A stretch of DNA of 64,000 nt, taken from the NCBI GenBank assembly GCA_951406725.2, contig OX597820.1:34844001-34908000 (forward strand), written 5' to 3'. Shown one piece after another: positions 54,239-64,000 of this stretch (position 1 is the stretch's first letter; each line of letters begins with the position of its first letter). Origin of the DNA: Octopus vulgaris (Eukaryota). Under the pieces are notes generated by a model, which made no database searches, was not told the DNA's origin, and worked only from the letters and a program-made list of their open reading frames with translations. Made by a program: the position numbers and the translations under genes.

Positions 54239-55134
54239 TAGACACGCGCGCCCGCACACACTCCCCTACACACTCCCCCTACAACTAGAAATATTCGTAT
54301 TTTCAACGCCTGTTCAAAAGAAAATTTGTTCTCCGTACACACACATATATATAGGTGTATATATGTATATGCATATATATATAAATATAATATATGTATA
54401 TAAATGTCTGTCTGTATATATATATATATATATATATTAATGTATGTATGTATATAAAACTTATATATACACACATACATACAAAAACTCACATCTAAAT
54501 ATTTACATACATGCACATATATACAGGCGCGTGCAGATATATACACACACATGTACACCCTGGTGGTGGTACAGTAATTACTGTTCTGATGATTGACTAA
54601 ACACAATACTCTACTTCATTTAACAGAAAACTGCTTCTAAATTCCTCGCTCTCCCTGCACTCACCATACTTACTCTCTCTCTCTCTCTCGCCCTTACCTC
54701 AACCAGATTCCATTTCTCTTATATTCTGTTATTCTCTCTTTCTCACCCTTCTCTTTTCCTCTCATACCCTATACTCTCTGTCCCTCATTTTACACCTCCT
54801 CTCTTTAAATTCCATTTCTTACTTTTCTCTCACTTTCTAATAAGCCTCTTACTATCCCTCTTTGTTTCTGATAACCACTTCTGTTTGTCCATTCTTCTGC
54901 CCCTCTGTCCCTTTATCCCTCTGTCTTTTTCGGTGTCTCTCTCTGTCTTCCTTTTTGTCAGTTTTTCTCTCTGTATCGCTGCCCGTCTGTCTATCTGTCT
55001 GTTTGTCTGTTTGTCTCTCCCCCTCTCTCTATTTGCCTGTCTTTGTCTACCTCTTTCTCTCTCTGTTCCTCTGTCTTTCTACCTATCTGTCAATCTCTGC
55101 CTGTCCCTCGTCTATATGTTTCTCTATTGTCTTA

Positions 55135-55357
55135 TCTCTTTATTGCCCACAAGGGGCTAAACACAGAGGGGACAAACAAGGACAGACAAAGGGATTGAGT
55201 CGATTACATCCATCGACCCCAGTGTGTAACTCTTACTTAATTTATCGACCCCGAAAGGATGAAAGGCAAAGTCGATTTCGGCGGAATTTGAACTCACAAC
55301 GTAACGGCAGATGAAATACCGCGAAGTATTTCGCCCGGCGTGCTAACGCTTCTGCAA
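55135..55357 (-). mobile_element. SINE family B
   Basis: Reverse complement of family B. Confidence 0.85.
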
Positions 55358-55869
55358 GATTGTCTATTTCTTTGTCTGTCTCTGTCTTCTCCTCCTGCTC
55401 CTTGTATGTTCCTCTGCCTATCTCTCAGCCTGTATCTCCTGTCAGTCAGTTCCTCTGTCTTTGTTTGTGTCTCTTTCTCTCTCACCGCCCCTCTATCTAT
55501 CTATTTGTCTTTCTTTGCATCTCTCTCTTTCTCTCTTCTCTGTTCATCTACACCCTCTCATCCAAACAAGATCGTCTCAACAACATAAGCTCCTAAGCGC
55601 AAGAATGTACCGAAGTCCTAACATGCACAACTACATTACGCATAAGTTAGCATTGGGTCTCCTAGACCAGTAGTTGCTCCAAGTAACTGCTCAGTGTAAC
55701 GGCCATGTTTTCGGTATTGTATTCAGGATCAATTTAAGGTAAGAATATTATACTGTGCACTTATCCAAGGAGACTCACGTATCTAGGGGTCCAATGCTAA
55801 TCTATGCAGGCATTGGCTTGCAGTCAATAAATGATTGTCAGAGGACACCCTACCTTGCGTTACATGATA

Positions 55870-56348
55870 AAGGGCTTATGATTCTGTTAAAGGCTTTGCT
55901 CTAATCCTTGTCTCATTTTCACCCTGTTTCTTAATATACCCCTCATATTTTATTCATTCTTTCTCTCCCCGGAGAATGGCTTATAATGCTGGAAAGGCTT
56001 ATAATGCTCTTAGGGGCACTACTCCTCTCTCTGTCTCATTTTAACCCAGTTTTTTTTATATTCCTCTCATAATTAATATATCTTTATTTTTACCCAAACG
56101 AAGGCCTTATAATTCTGTTAAGGGCCCTTCTCTCATTCCTCTCTAGCCCTGTTTCTTAATATTTTCCCCATCAAATATTTAATAAATCTTTAGTTTTATT
56201 CCTGAAGAAGAGCCTAAAAAGCTGTTAATGGCCCTACTCTCATCCCTCTCTCACTTTCACCATGCTTCTTTATATTGACCCCATATTTAATAAATCTCTA
56301 TTATATTTTCCCGAAGAGAAGCTTATAAGGCTATCAAGTACCCTACTT
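55870..56348. repeat. Diverged tandem repeat, about 109-bp unit x about 4.3
   Basis: gcttata..ctgttaa.ggc anchor near 55872, 55996, 56104, 56212 and 56321. Confidence 0.7.
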
Positions 56349-56365
56349 TAAAAAAAGTTATCGTT

Positions 56366-56724
56366 GGAGTGGCTGTGTGGTAAGTAGCTTGCTTACCAAC
56401 CACATGGTTCCGGGTTTAGTCCCACTGCATGGCACCTTGGGCAAATGTCTTTTACTATAGCCTCGGGCTGACCAAGGCCTTGTGAGTGGATTGGGTAGAT
56501 GGAAACTGAATGAAGCCCGTCGTATATATGTATATGTGTGTGTGTATGTTTTTGCGTCTCTGTTGTCGCTGCCCCAACATCGCTTGATAACCGATGCTGG
56601 TATGTTTACGTCTCCGTAGCTTAGCGGTTCGGTGGGGGAGGCTGATGGAGTAAGTACTGGGCTTCCAAAGTCGATTTGCTCGACCAAAGGTAATGCTCCA
56701 GCATGGCCACAGTCAAATGACTGA
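56366..56724 (+). mobile_element. SINE family A
   Basis: Head to tail match. Confidence 0.88.
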
Positions 56725-57431
56725 AACAAGTAAAAGAGTAAAAGTGTTACCGTCTTTTCGCTCCCGTCTCTCTAATTATCTTACTTTATCATTTGCATTC
56801 TGAAAAGAAGCTCCCTATCCTATTCATCCTTCGGTTTTTTCTTTTGTCTTTCTTTTTTTTTGATGGGGTTTGGAGTGGCTCCCATTGCTCTACGGGTTAG
56901 TGTTTTAGCCTCACAATCATAAGGTCGCGGATTCAACTTCTGGATCGGGCGAAGCTTTGTATCCTGAAGAAAGGCAATTACTTCATTTACCGTTGTCACA
57001 GTTTAATCAACTTGTAAATAATTTTTAATTCAGTACTGAACCAAAACCCCCATCTCTCTCATTCACTCCCTCTCTCCTTCTCTTTCTCGTTCACTCTCTC
57101 TCTCCCTCTTTCCCTCTCTTTCTCTCTCGTTCACTCTCCCTCTCATTCATTCACTGTCTCTCTCTCACTCTCCATCAATCTCTCTCTTTCGATCTGTCTG
57201 TCACTTTCTTTCATTCACTCCCTCTCTTCTTCTCTTTCTCATTCACTCTCTCTCGTTCACTCTCCTTCTCTCTTTCTCTCTCACCCTCTCTCTACCAATC
57301 TGTCTCCCTCTATGTCTGCCTGTTTGTCTGTATTTGTCTCTCTCTCTCCCTCCCTCTCTCTCCCTCTCTCTCTCCCTCTCTCTCAGCTATAGCACTAGCA
57401 GTTCACTCATCTAGTACTAATTTTCGGTTAA

Positions 57432-57530
57432 CTAGACTGGAGCAACGTAGAATGAAGTGTCTTGCTCAAGGATATAACGCGCTGACCAACTCTGGAACTC
57501 AACTCACGCCATTATAATTGAGAGATGAAC
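57432..57530 (-). mobile_element. SINE family D fragment
   Basis: gactggagcaacg..aagtgtcttgctcaagga matches 44870-44915. Confidence 0.6.
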
Positions 57531-57814
57531 ACCCCCAAGACCACAAGACCACACTTCTTAACAGGTCGAACAAAAATATATAATATACATAAAACACTAA
57601 TACTACAAATAAACAAAAACCAGTAGAAGAAAATAAAATAAAAAAAAAAAACTTCAACAAGATATTAACATAAACAAAACAGTAATAGAAAATATAAGCA
57701 AACCAGAAATACAAATATGAAACACATATAAAACACTTATAGAACAAAACAAACAACAAATATAAAACAATAACAAAAAATGAAATGCAAAAACAAAGAA
57801 GACTCAGAATTATC

Positions 57815-57880
57815 GGCGGAATAACGTATTAAAGTGACGTCACAGAAGATTGGCGGAAGTTACCGTAAAATGGCGTAACA
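57815..57880 (+). promoter_or_regulatory. Candidate promoter-type motif cluster (CRE, inverted CCAAT, ETS, YY1)
   Basis: GTGACGTCAC 57834-57843, ATTGG 57849-57853, GCGGAAGT 57853-57860, AAAATGGCG 57867-57875. Confidence 0.35.
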
Positions 57881-58098
57881 TAATACAGAAGGTAAAGTAC
57901 ACACACACACATACACGCACTCACACGCACGCACCACATACAAAAACATACACTCACACAGACAAAGACACATATGGACAGATTCATATATATACCTACA
58001 AAATTACCTTCTTGTACTTTAAAGTTTTTTTTATTTTATCTTTTGTCTTTGTTAGCTTTCCTACAAACGGCATAATCTTGTTATCTTCAATAAAATAT

Positions 58099-58153
<55 letters not shown>

Positions 58154-58344
58154 CGCTATTATGATAAAACAAAAGCGTTGAGGAAATAACTTGAAGCATT
58201 AATATGAGGAAATGCCGAAAGCGAACGTAACTACGAAAACATTGTTTGCAAAAATAAAATAAAATAAAACAAGGTAAATAAATAAATAAATTAAAATACA
58301 TTCCAACGGTACAAAAAGTCAAAAATTAAAGCATATATTCTTTT

Positions 58345-58517
58345 CTATTTTGGCACAAGGCCAACAATTTTGATGGGAGGGGAGTCGATTACGTCGACCC
58401 CAGCGTTCGAGTTTTTCGACCCCGAAAAGACGAAAGGCAAATTCGCATTCGGCGGAATTTGAATTCTAAATTTAAAGCCGGTAAGCATTTTGGCTAGGCG
58501 TGTTAACGATTCTGCCA
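58345..58517 (-). mobile_element. SINE family B (degraded)
   Basis: tcgaccccgaaaagacgaaaggcaaa..ggcggaatttgaa. Confidence 0.7.
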
Positions 58518-58746
58518 AAAGCCAAAGAAATATTGATGGGCAACAGAGCTGATTGCAAATAAATAAATACATGAATACAATAAAATAGCCCTTCGCCAGA
58601 CGTAACAATATACCTGGGCGGAAAACAGCCTGAAGCCAAAGTAACCAACCGAAATATGAATGAGAATTAGTGTTGTATTTAGCGCAAAAATGAATACGAG
58701 CAATCGGCTGAGCAACGGAAAAGTTTGCAATAAATAGATGAATAGA

Positions 58747-58793
<47 letters not shown>

Positions 58794-58957
58794 AATTAAA
58801 ACAGAAGAAATAAAATGCAACAAAATTGTAATAATAATCATAAAGAAATTGACGTCACAAAAATACTTGCCGAAAACAGCATATACTGACGGAAAATAAT
58901 AAAATGCCAAAAATAGACGTTCTGCAAACATGCACACACGGTCGCACGTACATACAT

Positions 58958-59003
<46 letters not shown>

Positions 59004-59651
59004 GCACGTACAGCTACAATGATAGTTAGTGTGATAGCCTCTACAAGGTCGTTACATCTCGCAAGGTTCTGCAAGAGGTCGCTAGTAGCTCCGCGAGAAA
59101 TAGATTAATAATATGAAAATGGGCGAAGTTTTGCTACTAACCCCGTGACAGGAGTAATAGTAAAAAGATTTACCGGGAAAAGAGCATGAAATTGGAGACC
59201 AAAAATGTCAAAAATGAAACGTCGGGGTAGGGGTGGGGGAACAAATTCTTTTGCAGAAGGAAATAGTAACCAAATTCCATGATTTTTTTTTCTTTCTCCG
59301 TCGGATATTGATAGCTTTTCCGAAAGTCCACCGATCAAATATAACAACCATCTCAGGAGACGGATGTTATAACTAAAATTTAACTGTAGATGCATTTGTA
59401 TTTCATTGCGCATTTATGATTGCATACATACTTACATATCATTCCTTAACATGGTATCCTGGTATCTGTAGGTAGTGCGACACTGCAGTGAAAAATTACA
59501 TCTTAATCGAGAATTGTAAAGGAATTTAGTCTAAACAATGGCTTAGTTAAAGTGAAATTTTTGAAGTTTTCTTTGTAACATCTGATGGTTTTAGCACGGC
59601 AAAACTTTCAAAATCAAACTTATTTATTTTTGTTATTTCTTTAATCTCTAA

Positions 59652-59870
59652 AGCAGCAAATTGGTCGAATTTTAATAGCGTCGGAAACAATGCTTTACAG
59701 TATCTGTTCTAACTCTTTACATTCTGAATTCAAATTCCGCCGTCAACTTTGTCTTTCATCCGACCGAAATAGATAAAATAGAGTATCTGCCAAAACTGGG
59801 TTGATAATAACCTTCTGGCCTTATATCTAAATCTACTCAAAACTATTGGCCTCGTTTCTAAATCAGAAAC
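59652..59870 (+). mobile_element. SINE family B (degraded)
   Basis: ttctgaattcaaattccgcc..ctttgtctttcatcc. Confidence 0.55.
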
Positions 59871-60583
59871 TATTATTTGTTTCATCTTATATGCAATTTA
59901 ACTTTATTAAAGACAATGAAGTAGATAAAATACGACATAAATGTTTTAAAGAAGTCCTTTAAGCAATGCGAATGAGGAAGTAGGCAAAATATGTAAAGTG
60001 ATACTAATAAATAAAAAGAAAAGATATTGTATCACTTTATGTAGATTGTTTAATGCCTGGGATCTAGTTATTTTTTTTTTGCATTCGCAAAATATGAATT
60101 TTTTAAAAGGAAGTTAAAAAATCTGAAAATTGGCTATAAAAATGTAGTCTTCTAGTCTCATTGCTATGAAGGTATGATGTTGTGCAGAAAAAAAAATTGG
60201 AGGAAAAGTTACAGAGGTTTAAAAATCGGAAAAACTCTCTATTGTTAGCCAATAACGAGACAGAAATTTTCTGCGTTTAGCGGAGCGGTGTCAACTTTAA
60301 GGTTGTACCCTGTGAAATTTATAGTTTAGCGTCTGTGACATGACCTGTTCATTGTAGGTTTCCTACTAAACAGAAATACCTAATAAAATCAACATGTATC
60401 ATTTCACTGTTTCTTTTGTCTCTTCATTGACTGTGTGTTTTTATTATTTTTTCAATTTGTTATATTAATATTTGTCTGCATGTGTTTACTTTATGCGTAT
60501 TTCAGTATTATGTATACTTGTCAGGTATAAGTGTATGTGGATTTATGTATTCATATATAAGTTTATATGTACATTTATGCATT

Positions 60584-60631
<48 letters not shown>

Positions 60632-61179
60632 TGTCTCCAAAACTCCAAAGTTGAGTAACGTTTTCATTCTTGGATTTGTAAACTACGATAGGAATAACAT
60701 ATATGAAATGAGCAATATGTAAAAATACTAGCACAGAAAAAGCACAGAAAAATACTAACACACAGAAGCACAGAAAAATATGTAATATACTAACACAGAA
60801 AGATTAACACAAAACGCGGGTGAAAATAATCAAGCGGTATGAAGAATCAAGAGTGAAAAATCAACATAGAACAACATGCGGCACAAAACAGCGTGAACCA
60901 CCACACAACATGCAGTTGTCATGGTAACAAGCTGCTAATGCCACACTGTCTGTTGATTGGCTAAAATTACTCAAATTTCCCAACTTTAATTCCAAATAAC
61001 ATCATATTCTTTAATTTACGAGATGAAGTAATTGGTTGATTGTAATCAAAATTCAGAGTTGCATCGATACGCCAAAACTGAAAGCAATCTGGGCAAAATT
61101 AAAGGGGGCTCATTTTGCGAATGAGAAAGACTAGATCCAATGTCTGCTTATCGATAATAACAGTTTTTTCTCAGAACTG

Positions 61180-61480
61180 TTGGATTACTTTCTTCCTTAT
61201 ATTTGATAAGGGAAACGTTTTCTGAAATATTAGAGAAGTATTGAACACTCTTACAGAGACTGAAACAATATATTTATCTTCGTCTTACATTTTGGCAACT
61301 CCTAACCTGCATTGCTTAATTGTCTTCTAAAAAACTATGTATATAATTTACATGTTGCAAGGCTTCAAACAAATTACAGAACTCTTTTATTAATAAAGAT
61401 ATTAAATATATTTTTTATGTAAGGGTTTCTTGAGACATGAAATATATTTCAAGGGTTCTCCAGAAGTAAAAATTCTTATA
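61180..61480 (+). mobile_element. Possible old hAT transposase C-terminal remnant and right subterminal region
   Basis: SSLYLIRETFS-x11-RL-x5-LRL spacing like the hAT dimerisation motif; 61420-61475 resembles 47915-47982. Confidence 0.3.
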
Positions 61481-61898
61481 GTTTATGCGCTGTGAATTCG
61501 AACATCTGAGAAATTCTGGTCTATAAATATAGAGTTTGCTTTAGTCATGAGGTAACCCAGTAGTGGCCCTGTACGTTTACAGACACCGGACATGGTACGA
61601 ACATATGATAGGAGATCATGTTGTAGCCCTGTTTAGTAATTATCAACAGAGAAGAAAGATAATGAAAATTTATTAGGAATCGATATTTAAGCCAAATCAT
61701 ATAATATCGAAATCCCAGAATTAGAAAAAAGTACTTGATTCTCATTTCTTGTGTTAATTATATTAACTGGGTTAAAATCATTAATTAAATATAAATTATG
61801 ACAACATTGTAAGGAATAAAAAAAAATTTGAGATATTGAAAGGCAATTTTAGATTGTGAGAAGGCGCACGCGTGCGTACACACACACACACACATGCA

Positions 61899-61938
<40 letters not shown>

Positions 61939-63499
61939 CACACCCATCCACACACGTAATGCTGATTCTTTCCCCATTATCCATTGTAATAAGGGCATAC
62001 CACATCTAAAACTTTGTATTGTTTTGGGGTGAAATACCGAGGGAATGAGTCGCCGGCTTATAGTATATACAACCCGTAAGAATACCAATGTTTTTTGCAT
62101 TTCTTATATGATGCGGCTTGGAATCTGCTCTTTAGCCCACCCTCCAATTTGATGTTCGAATTCACAGCGTGTAAGATATAAGGGTTACAATATGGAGCCA
62201 ATTACTGAGTTCCAGACTCACCGGTAACATGTCGTGCATATAATTATATACATACGAGTATGTAAGTATGTATGTACGTATGTATGTATGTATGTATGTA
62301 TGTATGTATGTATGTATGTATGTATGTATGCATGCATGCATGTATGTATGTATGTAGATGTATGTATGTGTGTGTGTGTGTGTGTGTATGAATGCATTAT
62401 ATATATATATATATATATATGCAAAGTTCAGATTACTTAAATATGTTTGTGACATATATCAACTGCTTAAAGGCAAATTCATTGCAGCTACCTTAGAGAA
62501 AATTTTCTCTTATGGTAATATATATATATATATATATATATTGTGAGGGTGTGGTGGGGTAAAATCACTTCAAGATAATGGCTAATTTCAACAGAGTCTT
62601 TCAACTATGTATAATGCAAAGTTCACCAGCGCTACTACAAAATAGTTCCATATTGTTAGATTTTTAACTGCTAAAAGCATTGGGCATGTAAAATCAATTG
62701 TATGAACTGCACAAGAACTATTTCTGGTGGGATGTTTTTTGAATATGCTACGTACTTACACACTTGTAATAAACGGAGCTTATTACATTCGGAACACCTG
62801 GCTTTAGTATCGCCTTGCGGAATTACGAGTGGATTGTTCCAGATTTTTAGTTAGGGAAACATTGCTTCCTCTAAAACTGAATTTATCTGTACCGTTGGTT
62901 TAAACAGCGTTGCGTTTGAAATATTTGGTGATATGATTACCGCTACTACTGTGGGCAGTAGCAGCAGCAGTAGCTGTAGTAGTGGTAGAAAGAGTAGGAA
63001 CGAGCATAAAAGCAAAACTAACAACTGCATCTCCATTGTCCGAGGTAAGAGCCTTTACGTGGTAACTCACTTGCTCGAAATAACAATCGAATCCCTCTCA
63101 AATCATACAGTCACAGAAAAAAAGGAAAGTAGAACACGCTGGTTAATGGGATCTGGGGTTCCTTGTAAACAAGGAAATTACAGGATGGTCATGGTTGGAT
63201 TTCTTTTGATCACAGAACTGTTTAAACAATGGGTACCTAGAGCCAAGCAACTAACATTGGGGCAAACTAGAAATTTGAACTAAATATCTCTCAAATTAAA
63301 CTCTACAGTATTTTTAGATACAGGACGGACACATGGAGTAAGATATTACTATCTAGATAAAATAATATTTTTTTTATTTAATAGAAAAGGGATGAACATG
63401 GGTACAACGCCTTTGATCATAGCTCTGCGAGATCAATATTGACTTTGGGATAAAGCAGCAACAGCGACACCAACTACAATAGACACTGGCTTCTGATTT

Positions 63500-64000
63500 T
63501 ATCCGACTGGAAATATTTATCTTGTATATATTTTGTCTTGGTATAAAAGATGGGCTACAGCAAATATTCTGCTCAATACCACAGATTTGCTTGTCAGTTG
63601 TTTGACCTTAACCAGTTGAGCATGTCTCTTATTGGCTGATGATATGGGCACCTCTGATCATGAGCAGAAGTAGTTGGGGAGCATCATATCCATGTATTGA
63701 GAGGAATTCTTTGAAGTTCGAATAATTCACCTCTGGAAACATGGGTCTTTCGTTCATCATCCTTAAACAACTCTTATTCAAGGAGCGGGATGTGCTACTC
63801 GACCAGAAGAAAATTCTAACTGGGCCCCATCTGCAAGGTCATGTGTTGTTTATCTTTATATAAGTTCACCATGTCGCACACATATGGTTGTGATGCATGT
63901 GCCTAGTGTACTCTTATCAGACGGGTAGTCATGATGGGTATACTGGGTTTCGTATATTTTACCACAGAGTCACTTTGATGGCATGCACTACTCTATCACT
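63500..64000. mobile_element. Probable interspersed repeat running off the window end
   Basis: Abrupt shift to balanced composition; resembles a repeat I recall from octopus sequence, but only one copy is in the window. Confidence 0.3.

Noticed and set aside
60915-60928. RFX X-box-like GTTGTCATGGTAAC
   Set aside because: Isolated imperfect motif in probable repeat-derived sequence; similar strings at about 9971 and 26757; no gene context

Overview
64 kb of AT-rich, microsatellite-saturated animal non-coding DNA (intron or intergenic). The SINE repertoire resembles what I recall from octopus/coleoid cephalopod genomes; this is recognition, not a search result. No intact host protein-coding gene, tRNA, rRNA or CRISPR array is supported, and almost all ORFs in the track are translations of (TA)n/(CA)n/(GATA)n/(TACA)n repeats. 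The window is a mosaic of about five tRNA-derived SINE families (about 35 copies), two RTE LINE remnants, Tc1/mariner, pogo/Tigger, hAT, Merlin and Helitron remnants, and a fossil Penelope-like (PLE) RT-thumb/GIY-YIG ORF. The strongest signal not shown by the ORF track is a dense set of type I hammerhead ribozyme (HHR) motifs in at least 8 unrelated PLE-like short elements, most ending at (TA)n tracts. These include a 462-bp tandem retrozyme-like array with three near-identical HHRs, and natural compensatory core variants (G3-C8 and U3-A8) beside canonical C3-G8. One further family carries a pseudoknotted fold at the equivalent position. All structures were folded by eye and the boundaries of degraded repeats are approximate.
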